In this document: positions 51,142 through 62,631 of the stretch, piece after piece
Position numbering within the stretch: position 1 is the stretch's first letter
Layout of the letters: each line of letters opens with the position of its first letter
NCBI GenBank assembly: GCA_949505625.1
Contig: CATBQD010000005.1
Location: 3,046-67,045 of the forward strand
DNA from: an uncultured Bacilli bacterium
GTDB taxonomy: Bacteria > Bacillota_I > Bacilli_A > RF39 > UBA660
Length of the DNA: 64,000 bases
Direction of reading: 5' to 3'
Position numbers and translations under genes: made by a program
Notes under the pieces: generated by a model
Told to the model about the DNA's origin: nothing
Database searches by the model: none
Seen by the model: the letters and a program-made list of their open reading frames with translations, nothing else

Positions 51142-51792
51142 CTAAAGCCCCAAAATTTCCCATAATATTTTTATAAATATGATAAAGCCAAAAATAACTC
51201 CGATACTAACTAAAATCACATTACAGAAATTCTTTGCTCCTTGACTCATAGGATTATCTCTTCTAATTTCTGGCATTTCTTCATTAGGTTTAATTTCTAA
51301 TGCTTTGGCAACGCACATGTCATAGTCTTTTAGACATGTCTCTCGAAGTTCATCATCAATCCTTACACTACAAATATTAGCGTTCATTCGTGCTATTCCA
51401 TGTAACACAACTATAATTACATTATTTATTACTTGTTCTGTACCTGAATTAGAAACAAGCTTTACTACTTTTTCTGTTGCTAATTTGAAATTTTATTTGT
51501 GCTCTTATTTCATCCGTGAATGATTTATCGGAATCTATCATCTCAATTGTTTGATTACATCCATCTATTGCACTTTTCATATCAAAATCATAGAAGTCTC
51601 CATTTTCAGATTTTGAAAATCCTTCTCTATATATAACATACCAATTATCTGGGTTTATTTTTAAAGCAGAAGTATAATCTTCTAAGGTCTCATACTAAAC
51701 AATATCCTTTTTGCAAGTCTTTTCCGAGTTCTATATTTGCTCCACATTGTGGACAAATCGCGGGAATTAATGTATTATTTTTTTTCATATAC
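51142..51792 (-). pseudogene. decayed gene: zinc-ribbon N-terminus (MKKNNTLIPAICPQCGANIELGK…) broken by stops/frameshifts; the 88-aa ORF 51142..51408 is its C-terminal remnant
   Basis: three consecutive fragments in different frames on the minus strand. Confidence 0.35.
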
Positions 51793-51883
51793 TCACCATT
51801 TCTTAATTATGGTACTATTATATCATTAATAACCTTCATTTAAAAGCTCATTTCAAAAGAAAAAAGCTCCATAGAGCTTTTTC

Positions 51884-52033
51884 CTACATCATATTTTCTA
51901 ACTGTTTATCTGCTTTTTTTGCTACCTTATTCATAGCCTTTTCCATTTTCTTCATGACTGGTTTATTGTATTTCTGATACATCAAAACAGCTCCTGCACC
52001 TAATCCCATAAGTGCCATATCTTTCATCTTCAT
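51884..52033 (-). CDS. 49-aa Met/Lys-rich small protein (MKMKDMALMGLGAGAVLMYQKYNKPVMKKMEKAMNKVAKKADKQLENMM)
   Basis: RBS AGAGGTGAG, own terminator GGAAAAAGCTCTATGGAGCTTTTTTC. Confidence 0.4.
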   Translation of the reverse strand: MKMKDMALMGLGAGAVLMYQKYNKPVMKKMEKAMNKVAKKADKQLENMM

Positions 52034-52081
52034 AAATCTCACCTCTTAGCTAGAACCTATGATTTCTTGTATAGAGTTTAT

Positions 52082-54334
52082 CTATACAATATTATTTTCA
52101 CCACTTTCTTTATCTTTATACAAACAATTTTTTAATTTTTCACATAATCTGGATTTTCTTTTTCTTTCCTCTTCATGATGAACACTATATAAAAAGGCAT
52201 CTGGTTCTCCTAACAAAATCAGTTTTCTTTTGGCTCTGGTAATTCCAGTATATATCAGTTTTCGATAAAGCATTCTTTTGTAATTCGCACTAATTGGCAT
52301 CACTACAACTTCAAATTCGCTTCCTTGCGATTTATGAATGCTAATAATAAAACCGTGTTTTATTTTATTAAAATCTTTTGGAATATATTTTACCACGTTT
52401 CCATCATAATCTACATAGATTTCATTTTTCCCACTTTTACTAGTATTCGCATACATAATTCTTGTGATAACACCAATATCTCCATTAAAAATGTTTTCTT
52501 CTGGCATATTGACAAGTTGTAATACTTTATCATTTTCTCTAAAAATGATGTCTCCTACTTTTAATTCTCTTTTTGTTTCATCTTTGGGATTAAATACATC
52601 TTGTAATTCTTTATTTAAATTATCAATTCCGTTCATTCCAGCATACATAGGAGCCATAACTTGAACTCTTTTATAATCATAACCTTTTTCTACTATTTGT
52701 CTTGAAAGACGTTTTAAATTTTCTCTTATATGATTAGAACTACACTCTAAGAATGTATAATCACTTCTTGTATCTGTAAAACTCTTACTAATATTATCAT
52801 CTTTTATTTCTTCTGCTAATGTTGTAATATATGAATTTTCATCTTGCCGATATAATAAATCCAAATGAACAGTTTCAATTACACCACTTAGAGTAAAATC
52901 TTTTAAAAGTTCTCCTGGTCCAACGCTTGGTAATTGATTATAATCTCCAACTAAGATCAATTTGATATGATCGGTTAATCCTCTTAACAAATGATCAAAC
53001 AAAGATAAATCAATCATACTTACTTCATCTATAATAATAAGTCGACTATTATCTTTATTATATTCATCAACTCCAAAACGATTATTTTCTTTATTCCATT
53101 TCAAAAAACGATGAATTGTTGTTGCGGGAAATAATGTTGCTTCACTCATTCGTTTTGAAGCTCTCCCTGTTGGCGCTAGCAAAGCAAGCTCTTTATTTAG
53201 GCCTTCATCATCTAAATTCCGTAATCGTTTGTAAAGTTCTACAATTGCTTTTATAATGGTAGTTTTTCCTGTTCCAGGGCCTCCAGTAATAATAAGCAGA
53301 TTTTTCGTAAGTGCTTTAGTAATTGCTTCTTTTTGCTTTTCATTATATATAATTCCAGAAGCTTCTTCTAGCTCTTGTAATTTTTTTTCTAATTTTTTAT
53401 AATGATCTTCAGGCCTTTTAAATAAAACTTGAAATTTTTTTAAAATTTGCTGTTCAGAATCGTACATATCTTTCAAATAATAGACATCTTCTTCTCTCAC
53501 TAATTTTTCATCTACCACAAGTTCTTCTAAATATTCTAAAAATAAATTTTCCTCTAAATCAATTTTCAAAAAATTAAGAGTTGTTTTATATATTTCATCA
53601 TATTCTAAAAAAGTATCTCCATTTTTAAATGTTAATTCTTTCATACAATATAAAATACAAGCTTTTACTCTACTCTCATCATCTTCTAACATATTCAACT
53701 TATGAGCGATATCATCTACTTTAGAAAAAGTGATTTCTTCAATATCATCAATCAAAAGATAAACATTATGTTCTATCATAGAAACAGTATTCCCCTTATA
53801 TTTATTATAAATCAAAAGAGAATCTTTCATACTAAAACCGAGTTCAGTTAAGTATACAATCGTTTTATGACTTTCTTCATATTTCGTTAACGTTTGATAA
53901 ATTTGTTCTGCCTTTTTACTAGACAATTTTGGAACCAAAGTTAAACAACTTGGATCTTCTAAAATCCGCTCTAGTGTTTGATCACCTAATGTTTCTACAA
54001 TCGTTAATGCTAATTTCTCTCCAACACCTTTAAATAAATCACTTGCAAGAAATTCTACAATACCATCTTTATCTTCTGGCTTTACTTTTTCATATTCTGT
54101 TACTTGAAATTGCAATCCATATTTTGGATGATCTGATTCCTCTCCATAAAAAAAATACGTATCATCTTCATTTAATTCATGAAAATATCCAGTAAAGGCG
54201 ATTGTTTTTCCAATATAGATATTGAGTGTTTCAATATTAGTCTCTTTTATTTTAAATACACCTATCACATATCCTTTTTCAGAAGAAAAAATACTTCTTT
54301 TAAAGTTACCTTTGATATATTTTTTTTCTTCCAT
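52082..54334 (-). CDS. recD2: RecD2-type ATP-dependent DNA helicase
   Basis: LLIITGGPGTGKTT Walker A, helicase motifs, 750 aa. Confidence 0.85.
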   Translation of the reverse strand: MEEKKYIKGNFKRSIFSSEKGYVIGVFKIKETNIETLNIYIGKTIAFTGYFHELNEDDTYFFYGEESDHPKYGLQFQVTEYEKVKPEDKDGIVEFLASDLFKGVGEKLALTIVETLGDQTLERILEDPSCLTLVPKLSSKKAEQIYQTLTKYEESHKTIVYLTELGFSMKDSLLIYNKYKGNTVSMIEHNVYLLIDDIEEITFSKVDDIAHKLNMLEDDESRVKACILYCMKELTFKNGDTFLEYDEIYKTTLNFLKIDLEENLFLEYLEELVVDEKLVREEDVYYLKDMYDSEQQILKKFQVLFKRPEDHYKKLEKKLQELEEASGIIYNEKQKEAITKALTKNLLIITGGPGTGKTTIIKAIVELYKRLRNLDDEGLNKELALLAPTGRASKRMSEATLFPATTIHRFLKWNKENNRFGVDEYNKDNSRLIIIDEVSMIDLSLFDHLLRGLTDHIKLILVGDYNQLPSVGPGELLKDFTLSGVIETVHLDLLYRQDENSYITTLAEEIKDDNISKSFTDTRSDYTFLECSSNHIRENLKRLSRQIVEKGYDYKRVQVMAPMYAGMNGIDNLNKELQDVFNPKDETKRELKVGDIIFRENDKVLQLVNMPEENIFNGDIGVITRIMYANTSKSGKNEIYVDYDGNVVKYIPKDFNKIKHGFIISIHKSQGSEFEVVVMPISANYKRMLYRKLIYTGITRAKRKLILLGEPDAFLYSVHHEEERKRKSRLCEKLKNCLYKDKESGENNIV

Positions 54335-54416
54335 GATATCACCAGCTTCTTATTCAGTATATCACAGAGTACATTTGTTCGTCAATTGTTTATTTTTGGA
54401 ACCATCTTTTTTTAGT

Positions 54417-54770
54417 TTATAGCTTATTTTCTTCTTCATCTTCAAAAATAATATCTGGGGTCTCACTTTCTTTCTTTTCTTCTATTTCAGATATTACTTG
54501 ATCAATAAAATGAACTGAATTCAAATCCATTTTTGGAATTTGAAAGCGAACTTTTCTAGAACTCACTCCATCAAAATAAAAAAATTGATAGTAAATGAAA
54601 TCTCCAACATCTTGCCTCTCAATATTATTTCTTACTATATATCCTTTTTTAAAAATATCATCACGAAAAGAGTTTAAAATATTTTCTTTTGAATCTTTAT
54701 TACTTTTCCCATTATATTCAATTGTTACTGTTTTATCTTCCAAAAATTCTATATTCATTACTTGATTCAT
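54417..54770 (-). CDS. hypothetical 117-aa protein with acidic C-terminus
   Basis: ORF only. Confidence 0.4.
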   Translation of the reverse strand: MNQVMNIEFLEDKTVTIEYNGKSNKDSKENILNSFRDDIFKKGYIVRNNIERQDVGDFIYYQFFYFDGVSSRKVRFQIPKMDLNSVHFIDQVISEIEEKKESETPDIIFEDEEENKL

Positions 54771-54792
54771 ATTTTTTTCCTTTCCATTCTTA

Positions 54793-56073
54793 TTATTCCA
54801 TAATCACATATGGATATTCCACTTTTATAATTTTTCCAATTTTCTCTATATGATTATTTAAATCCATTCCTTCTTTTTTCACCAATAAATAATTTCCTGT
54901 ATGTCCAATTACAAAACCTTCTTTTACTATTTCTGGTATAAAGGAAAGCGTCTCACCTACAAATTTTTGAAAATATTTCTCTTCTAGGTTTTTAGAAAGT
55001 TCTAACAACTCTTGTACTCTTTTTTTCTTAATCTCTTCTGGAACCTGATTTTCCATTGTATCTGCAACCGTTCCTTTTCTTCTAGAATATGGAAAAACAT
55101 GAAGTTTTGAGAAATTAATCTTTTTTATTGTTTCAACGGTTTCTAAAAATAATTCTTCTGTCTCACCCGGAAATCCTACAATAACATCTGTTGTGATTGA
55201 AATGTTTGGTCTTATCTCTCTAATACTTTCTATTTTCTTTATAAAATCTTTTTTCGAATATTTTCGATTCATTGCTTTTAAAACAGCATCACTTCCTGAC
55301 TGAAGTGGAATATGTAGATGATCTACTAAAACTTTACTTTTTTTCATAATTTCTAATACTTGATCTGTCAATTCATTCATTTCAATAGAAGAAATTCGAA
55401 GTCTTTCTAGCCCTTCTATTTCAATTAATTCTTCTAACAAATCTGAAAATGCATAGTTTTCAAACTCGGCTCCATAATTTCCTGTATGAATTCCTGTTAA
55501 GACAATTTCATGATGTCCATTTTCAATTAGTGTTTTTACTTCTTCTAATACGTCTTCTCTTTTTTTACTTCTCACAGTTCCTCTAGAATAAGGAATGATA
55601 CAATAAGAACAATAGTTATTACAACCATCTTGTATTTTTACAAATGCTCTTGTATGAGTAAAGTTATTTAATTTCATTGTTTCAAAAGAAATACTCTCTA
55701 AGCTTTCAATATCTTCTAGCCGTTTTTGCTTCTGTTTAAATTCTTCTATATATTCTACAATTCTCGATTTATTTCTATTTCCTAGAATAATATCAACATC
55801 ATTTAGAATTTCTGCTTTTTCTTTACTTACTTGTGTCATGCAACCAGCCACTATAATAATGGCCTTCTGGTTTTGCTTTATCGCTTGTCTTATCATCTTC
55901 ATTGATTTGTTATCGGCTGCATTCGTTACAGTACAGGTATTAATAATGTAAATATCAGCCTCTTCTTTATTTGCTTCTATATATCCAGCATTTTTTAAAG
56001 CGTCCATCATAACATTGCTTTCATACATATTTACTTTACAGCCTAATGTATAAATATAAAATTTCATATACAA
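54793..56073 (-). CDS. mtaB: radical-SAM tRNA methylthiotransferase (MtaB/YqeV-like; context rsmE-x-mtaB as in Bacillus)
   Basis: LGCKVNMYESN, CNNYCSYC radical-SAM cluster. Confidence 0.75.
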   Translation of the reverse strand: MYMKFYIYTLGCKVNMYESNVMMDALKNAGYIEANKEEADIYIINTCTVTNAADNKSMKMIRQAIKQNQKAIIIVAGCMTQVSKEKAEILNDVDIILGNRNKSRIVEYIEEFKQKQKRLEDIESLESISFETMKLNNFTHTRAFVKIQDGCNNYCSYCIIPYSRGTVRSKKREDVLEEVKTLIENGHHEIVLTGIHTGNYGAEFENYAFSDLLEELIEIEGLERLRISSIEMNELTDQVLEIMKKSKVLVDHLHIPLQSGSDAVLKAMNRKYSKKDFIKKIESIREIRPNISITTDVIVGFPGETEELFLETVETIKKINFSKLHVFPYSRRKGTVADTMENQVPEEIKKKRVQELLELSKNLEEKYFQKFVGETLSFIPEIVKEGFVIGHTGNYLLVKKEGMDLNNHIEKIGKIIKVEYPYVIME

Positions 56074-56098
56074 CCTCCTAAAAAATAAGCCCTAAGGC

Positions 56099-56815
56099 TT
56101 ATTCCAAATGACTTCTAAATTCTTTTAAAGCATTCAAGAAAGCATCATTATGATTGCTATCTAATTCTTCAAATGTATCTACTTTTTTTTCTAGCTCAAT
56201 ATTGTTCCTTACTTTTTTTAGTTCATTAAAATTAGGAATTTTAGGATATTCAATATTACTATCCTGCTTGCCATAAACTGGTGAAATGAAATCTGTGGTT
56301 TTAAACTTTTTAGGTTCTTCTATAATAGTTGGAATTGCTTCTATTGGTTCTTCTACTTCCTCATAAGTATTTATATCTGGATTACTGATCTGTTCAATTA
56401 CTGAAAGTAATTCTTTATTAGAACCTTCTACATTTTTATTCTTGCTTTGTAATAATTCTTGGTAACTAATAATTGCTTTTTCTTCTTGTTCTTGTTCAAA
56501 TATTGCAACTACATCTTCTTTTTTATCCAAATCAGCTTGCATCTTTTCTAGGACTTCTTCTAAATTTGCTTTAGGTTTTTCTTCTTCATTAATTTGAGTT
56601 ATTTTAATTTCCTCTTTCGGTGCTTCATATTCTTTTAATTCATCCAATAAATTCTTTTCTTCTGCTTGAAATAATTTTAAATTTTTACGATCCATATAGA
56701 TTAAAGTAAAAAGAACGATTGCTCCTATGCAAAAGATGGCTAAAAAGCTATAAAATAATACTTGGTTACTCATAATATTTTCAATCCATTTCATAGAATC
56801 ACTCCATATATTCAT
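56099..56815 (-). CDS. membrane-anchored acidic coiled-coil protein, unknown function
   Basis: single N-terminal TM, E/K-rich. Confidence 0.45.
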   Translation of the reverse strand: MNIWSDSMKWIENIMSNQVLFYSFLAIFCIGAIVLFTLIYMDRKNLKLFQAEEKNLLDELKEYEAPKEEIKITQINEEEKPKANLEEVLEKMQADLDKKEDVVAIFEQEQEEKAIISYQELLQSKNKNVEGSNKELLSVIEQISNPDINTYEEVEEPIEAIPTIIEEPKKFKTTDFISPVYGKQDSNIEYPKIPNFNELKKVRNNIELEKKVDTFEELDSNHNDAFLNALKEFRSHLE

Positions 56816-57503
56816 AATTTAATGCACTTAATACATAAATTGGAACTGTCTCAACTCTCATAATTCTAGGCCCTAATGTAACTGGAATAAAATTATGCTT
56901 TTGAAGAAATTTTTCTTCCTCTATGTCGAGTCCACCTTCAGGCCCAATCACTATAATCAGTTTATCATAATTTGACGATGTTTGCAAAAACTTTTTAAAA
57001 GTATTTTCTTTTTCTCTTGTACTGCAAACTAATTTCAGCCCCTCTAATTTCGTAATTTCAGAAAATGTAGTAACTGATTGAAGTTTTGGAACAAAGTTTC
57101 TCATTGACTGCTCACTAGCTTCTTTCATAATCTTGTTCCAACGTTCTAATTTTTTTGTTTCTTTTTCACCTATTTTTACCATTGACCGTTTCATTGAAAC
57201 AGGAATAATTTCTGTAACTCCTAATTCTGTTGCTTTTTGTAAAATCAAATCCATTTTTTGTTCTTTTAAAATAGGGATTACTAAAATAACAGGTTTCATA
57301 AAATCATTTGGTGTTTTTAATTCTTCTTTTATAATAATTTCATCTAAATTATTTTCTAGATAACATAAATAAAGTTTTCCATCAATCACAACTTCTATTT
57401 CGTCTCCATCTTTCATCCTCATCACTTTTCTGATGTGATACATATCTCCATCTTCTAATATCATCCTATTTTCTTGTTTTTCTTTTCCAAAATATCGTTG
57501 CAT
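56799..57503 (-). CDS. rsmE: 16S rRNA (uracil1498-N3)-methyltransferase
   Basis: PUA-like N-terminus, SPOUT C-terminus, 234 aa. Confidence 0.8.
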   Translation of the reverse strand: MQRYFGKEKQENRMILEDGDMYHIRKVMRMKDGDEIEVVIDGKLYLCYLENNLDEIIIKEELKTPNDFMKPVILVIPILKEQKMDLILQKATELGVTEIIPVSMKRSMVKIGEKETKKLERWNKIMKEASEQSMRNFVPKLQSVTTFSEITKLEGLKLVCSTREKENTFKKFLQTSSNYDKLIIVIGPEGGLDIEEEKFLQKHNFIPVTLGPRIMRVETVPIYVLSALNYEYME

Positions 57504-57536
57504 AAATTCACCTATAAATAGGAAGTTTATTACTTC

Positions 57537-59777
57537 CTATTCCTCTTCGCTTCCTTCTATTTTTACCAGTACTTCTCTTGGTTTTGATCCATTTGCAGGT
57601 CCTATAATACCACGTTCTTCTAATAAGTCAATACATCTCGCTGCTCTATTATACCCTAGTCTAAAACGACGTTGTAAAAGAGAAGCACTCGCTTTTCCTG
57701 ATGTTACTACAAATTCTACAATATCGTTATAAAGTGGTTCATCTTCATCTCCATCTTCGATCATTGTTGTAGCACCTTTTTCTTCTTCATCCATGGTTAA
57801 TGTCTCATCATAGCGTGCTTTTTGCTGAGCACAAACATAATCAACAACCGCCTTTATTTCTTCATCAGAAATAAAAGTTCCTTGTATACGGATTGGAATA
57901 TTTTCTCCTTGTGGCTTAAACAGCATATCTCCCTTTCCAAGAAGTTTTTCTGCTCCTGTCATATCTATAATAGTACGAGAATCAATACTACTAGATACAG
58001 CAAAAGATATCCTAGATGGAATATTGGCTTTTACAACGCCTGTAATAACATCTGTTGATGGTCTTTGAGTTGCTACAATTAAATGAATTCCCGCTGCACG
58101 CGCCATCTGCGTAATGCGCATAATAGAATCTTCTACTTCTTTTGCTGCTACTAACATAAGGTCTGCAAGTTCATCAATAATAACTACAATATAAGGCATT
58201 TTTCGTAATTGATCACGTTCTGGGATTCCTTCATTTTTCTTATCTACATAATCATTATATCCAGCAATATTTTTTGTACCTGATTGCTCAAAAGCTTCAT
58301 AACGTCTTTCCATTTCTACAACCATTTTTTTTAGAACAATATTGGCTTTTTTCGCATCTGTTACAACAGGTGCCAGAAGATGGGGAACTCCATTATACAT
58401 AGAAAGTTCTACTTTTTTAGGATCTACCATAATAAGTTTTACTTCTTCTGGTTTACTTCTCATTAATATGGATACAATTAAACTATTAATACATACAGAT
58501 TTACCACTACCAGTAGATCCAGCTACTAAAAGATGAGGAGTTTTATTAATTTCCATCCATTGTGGTTTTCCCATGATGTCCCTTCCAAGTACAGCAAGTA
58601 ATTTGCTTTTTTCCAAGTTGCTCGGAACCGCCTCTAGAACTTCTCTTACACAAACAGGGATAGATTTTATATTTGGAATTTCTACTCCAATCGTTTTCTT
58701 ACCTGGAATTGGAGCTTCAATACGCACTTCTTTTGCTGCTAGAGCAAGTGCGATTTCTCTATGAATACTTAAAATTTTACTTACTTTTGTTCCTGCTTTG
58801 ATTTCTAATTCATATTGTGTTACTGCAGGCCCTATATTTGCTGCCACTGTTTTTCCTTCTATTCCAAAGTCCTTTAATACTTGTTCAAGGGCCACGACAT
58901 TATCTTTAATTGCATTTTGATTTTCCTTATTATTTCCTCTTTGCGGTTTAGCAAGTAAATTCATAGGTGGATATTTATATGCTTCATTCACTACAAAGTC
59001 CTCACTATCATTAATAGCAACTGCTGGGGTTGGTGCTGATTCTTCTTTTTCTTCTTTTGCCGGTTCTGCTACATGAATAAGCTCATCAACACTAGAAACA
59101 ACAATCTTATTATCTTCTTCTACTAGCGCTTCTTCAGATTCTACTTCTTTCAAGGTTTTCTTTTCTAACTTTTCAAGTCGATGTTTTTCTTTTCTCTCTT
59201 GGTTATGAGCGACTAAAGTTTCTGATTTTTTCTTACAAGCTTGCACAAAATCCCAAATAGAAACTCCAGTAAACATTACTGTTCCGCAAATAATCATGGT
59301 CCATACGACAATTGTAGTCCCTTTTAGATCAACTAAATTTACAGAAATTAAAGAAAATATGGCTCCTATAATTCCTCCACCTTGTGCACTTCTCACTTTT
59401 GTAGTAGCATCTAAAAAATTTGTAATGGTTTCTGTTACTACATCGAATCCTTTCAAATCATTCTGTGATAAATAGCTAGTATGGGCCATCATTAAAATCC
59501 CAATAACAATGATATAAAGCCCAAAAAGTTTTGATGTAAAAAAGTTAGGTTTACTACGTTTTACAATCATATAAACCCCTACTACAAAAAGAGCTAAAAA
59601 AAGAAGTCCATACCAAGCTCCAAATACAAATATAAAGAACGAACGAATAAGGGCTCCTAAGGGCCCATAGGCACAAAAGCCAATAATTGCAGTAATAATA
59701 AATAATAAGCCTACTAATTCTGTACTATATCCAGTACTTTTTTTCTTTTCTTCTTTTCGTTTTTTCTTTTTTGCCAT
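57537..59777 (-). CDS. ftsK: DNA translocase FtsK/SpoIIIE
   Basis: N-terminal TM helices, VAGSTGSGKS Walker A, C-terminal gamma domain. Confidence 0.9.
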   Translation of the reverse strand: MAKKKKRKEEKKKSTGYSTELVGLLFIITAIIGFCAYGPLGALIRSFFIFVFGAWYGLLFLALFVVGVYMIVKRSKPNFFTSKLFGLYIIVIGILMMAHTSYLSQNDLKGFDVVTETITNFLDATTKVRSAQGGGIIGAIFSLISVNLVDLKGTTIVVWTMIICGTVMFTGVSIWDFVQACKKKSETLVAHNQERKEKHRLEKLEKKTLKEVESEEALVEEDNKIVVSSVDELIHVAEPAKEEKEESAPTPAVAINDSEDFVVNEAYKYPPMNLLAKPQRGNNKENQNAIKDNVVALEQVLKDFGIEGKTVAANIGPAVTQYELEIKAGTKVSKILSIHREIALALAAKEVRIEAPIPGKKTIGVEIPNIKSIPVCVREVLEAVPSNLEKSKLLAVLGRDIMGKPQWMEINKTPHLLVAGSTGSGKSVCINSLIVSILMRSKPEEVKLIMVDPKKVELSMYNGVPHLLAPVVTDAKKANIVLKKMVVEMERRYEAFEQSGTKNIAGYNDYVDKKNEGIPERDQLRKMPYIVVIIDELADLMLVAAKEVEDSIMRITQMARAAGIHLIVATQRPSTDVITGVVKANIPSRISFAVSSSIDSRTIIDMTGAEKLLGKGDMLFKPQGENIPIRIQGTFISDEEIKAVVDYVCAQQKARYDETLTMDEEEKGATTMIEDGDEDEPLYNDIVEFVVTSGKASASLLQRRFRLGYNRAARCIDLLEERGIIGPANGSKPREVLVKIEGSEEE

Positions 59778-59885
59778 GATATACCTCCTAGACTCACTAT
59801 ATTCATTATACTAAAAATCTACAAAAATCGAAATAGAATTAAGAATATTTACGTGAATTTGACAAGAAATTTCATTTTAAATATA

Positions 59886-59912
59886 AGAAAACAAGAAACG
59901 CTTAGTTTCTTG
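59886..59912 (-). terminator. intrinsic terminator of eno (overlaps stop codon)
   Basis: CAAGAAACTAAGCGTTTCTTG followed by UUUUCUU on the minus strand. Confidence 0.55.
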
Positions 59913-61131
59913 CTATTTCCTCTTCTATTCTCATTAATTGATTATATTTACAGATTCTATCTGTTCTAGACATAGAGCCAGTTTTAATTTGCCCTAAATT
60001 AAGCCCAACAGCTAAGTCTGCAATTGTTGTATCTTCTGTTTCTCCACTTCTATGAGAAATAATTGTTGCATATCCATGTTTTCTTGCAAGTTCTATTGTT
60101 TCTATTGTCTCAGTAATTGTCCCTATTTGATTTACTTTCAATAGAATCGCATTCCCAGCATGTTTATCAATTCCCATTTGTAAGCATTTTTTATTTGTAA
60201 CAAATAAGTCATCTCCAACTAGTTGAATTTTATTTCCTAATCTTTCTGTAATCAACGCAAATCCATCCCAATCATTTTCGTCTACAGGATCTTCTATAGA
60301 AATAATTGGATATTTTGAAACTAAATCTTCATAATATTCAACAAGTTCTTCTGTTGTTAAACTTCTTCCTTCTCCAACAAGTTCATATTTTCCATTTTTA
60401 TAAAATTCACTAGCTGCTACATCAATTGCCAATTTAATATCATTTTCCGTATAGCCAGCTTTTTTAACAGCCTCCATAATAAGTTCAAAACCTTCTCTGT
60501 TACTATTTAAATCAGGAGCAAATCCTCCTTCATCACCCACACCTGTTGCAAGGCCTTTTTCATTTAATACTTTTTTTAAATTGTGAAATACTTCTGCTCC
60601 AATTCTTACTCTTTCATGGATTGTTTCTGCTTGCGGTATAATCATAAATTCCTGAAAATCCAATTTGTTATCAGCATGAGCACCTCCATTTATGATATTC
60701 ATCATTGGAGCTGGTAATTTAATGCCTCCTCCAATATATTCATAAAGAGGTTTCTCTTCATATAATGCTGCTGCTTTTAAAGCTGCCATAGAAATTCCTA
60801 AAATAGCATTCGCGCCATAATTTGATTTTGTTTCTGTTCCATCTGCCTCTATCATTTTATAATCTAATGCTTTTTGATCCAAAACGTCCATCCCAAGAAC
60901 TAAATTTTTAAGAGGGCCATTAACATTTTCTACTGCCTTTAAGACTCCCTTTCCCATATAACGAGTACCACCATCGCGCAATTCCAAGGCTTCCCTCTCT
61001 CCTGTCGAAGCTCCGCTTGGTACTGCTGCTCTACCTATAATTCCACTTTCAAGAATGACATCTACTTCTACTGTAGGGTTTCCTCTTGAATCCAATATTT
61101 CTCTTCCAATCACGTCTTTTATTTTTGACAT
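59902..61131 (-). CDS. eno: enolase
   Basis: [32 protein letters not shown]. Confidence 0.95.
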   Translation of the reverse strand: MSKIKDVIGREILDSRGNPTVEVDVILESGIIGRAAVPSGASTGEREALELRDGGTRYMGKGVLKAVENVNGPLKNLVLGMDVLDQKALDYKMIEADGTETKSNYGANAILGISMAALKAAALYEEKPLYEYIGGGIKLPAPMMNIINGGAHADNKLDFQEFMIIPQAETIHERVRIGAEVFHNLKKVLNEKGLATGVGDEGGFAPDLNSNREGFELIMEAVKKAGYTENDIKLAIDVAASEFYKNGKYELVGEGRSLTTEELVEYYEDLVSKYPIISIEDPVDENDWDGFALITERLGNKIQLVGDDLFVTNKKCLQMGIDKHAGNAILLKVNQIGTITETIETIELARKHGYATIISHRSGETEDTTIADLAVGLNLGQIKTGSMSRTDRICKYNQLMRIEEEIARN

Positions 61132-61202
61132 TATATCACCCTTTCCTGATTTTATCCTTATTCATTATATCATAAATAATAAAAATAAGTGAATAATATC
61201 AC

Positions 61203-62534
61203 TTATTTTAAAGCTTCTACAGCTTGTTTAAAATCTTCTCCACGTTTTTCAAAAGAATCATATTGATCCCATGAAGCACATGCAGGCGATAATAAAATTA
61301 CTTCTCCTTCTTCTGATAAATTATAAGCCACTTTTGTTGCTTCTCTCAATGTTTCTACAACAGTTACATCTTTATTAATGGATTCGCAAAATTCTTTAAT
61401 TCTATTTTTTGTTTCTCCATAGCAAACGACGTGTTTTACATAACGCATATCATCTTTTAAATCTTCAAATGAATGACCCCTATCTAAACCTCCTAATAAT
61501 AGAATCATTGCTTTATCAAATGAACCCAGCGCTATTTCAGTTGATTTTACATTAGTCGCTTTTGAATCATTATAGAATTCTCTTCCTCTTATTTTGGCAA
61601 CAAATTCTAACCTATGTTCTACTCCAGCGAAACGTGAAAGAACAGTTCTTATCGCATCATTTGGGATTCCAAATCGTTTTGTTGCAATTATCGCACACAT
61701 AATATTTTGATAGTTATGTTTACCTTGAATTCGGATATCACTTGTCTCTATAATTTTTTCCTCGCCATAATAAATTGCATTTTCTTTATAATAAGCAGTT
61801 GCATTTCTTTTTATAGAAAAAAACGCTTTATTCGAATTAATATTCTCTGTCAAAGCCAATTCTGTTTCATCATCTAAATTGATAATCGCTAAATCAGATA
61901 ATGTGTGGTTCATAAATATTTTTTTCTTCATTTCTTGATAGTATTCATAATTCCCAAAAAAATCGATATGTACAGGAGTTAAATTGGTTAATACTGATAC
62001 TTCTGTTTTAAAGTCATACATATCATGAAGTTGTTGTGCTGAAATTTCAAGAACAATATAATCTCCTTCTTTTACATTTTTTATTAAAGAACACATTGGA
62101 AAACCAATATTTCCTCCCAAATGTACTGGAGCTTTCATTTCTTTTAAGAATTCATAAATAAGTGTAGTAGTTGTCGTTTTTCCATTAGAACCAGTTACTG
62201 CAATAATATGAGTATTTTTTGGCAAAAAATGATAAGCAAGTTCTACTTCATTTATGATCTTAATTCCTAATTCTTCTGCTTTTTTTATACAAGGGGTATC
62301 AAATCGAATTCCAGGATTTTTGATAACAATATCAAATGTATCATCTAAATAGTCCTCTTGTTTATCTGTAATAACAATTTTAACTCCTAATTTTTCTAAT
62401 TCCTCTACTTGAGCTTGGTCTTGCTCTTTTCCATCTGTTATTAAGATATCATTATGAAATGGCGCCAAGATTTTAGCGGCTTCATATCCACTTCTAGCCA
62501 TTCCCATGATATATATTTTTTTATTCTCAAACAT
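61203..62534 (-). CDS. murD: UDP-N-acetylmuramoylalanine--D-glutamate ligase
   Basis: GSNGKTTTT, Mur ligase domain order. Confidence 0.9.
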   Translation of the reverse strand: MFENKKIYIMGMARSGYEAAKILAPFHNDILITDGKEQDQAQVEELEKLGVKIVITDKQEDYLDDTFDIVIKNPGIRFDTPCIKKAEELGIKIINEVELAYHFLPKNTHIIAVTGSNGKTTTTTLIYEFLKEMKAPVHLGGNIGFPMCSLIKNVKEGDYIVLEISAQQLHDMYDFKTEVSVLTNLTPVHIDFFGNYEYYQEMKKKIFMNHTLSDLAIINLDDETELALTENINSNKAFFSIKRNATAYYKENAIYYGEEKIIETSDIRIQGKHNYQNIMCAIIATKRFGIPNDAIRTVLSRFAGVEHRLEFVAKIRGREFYNDSKATNVKSTEIALGSFDKAMILLLGGLDRGHSFEDLKDDMRYVKHVVCYGETKNRIKEFCESINKDVTVVETLREATKVAYNLSEEGEVILLSPACASWDQYDSFEKRGEDFKQAVEALK

Positions 62535-62631
62535 GTTTTCACCTTCCTAAAAAATTATATCATGTTTCTTTTTATTTGTTAAGTTCCACTTAAGAATATG
62601 ATTTCAATATAAAAAAAATAACTCAAAAGAG

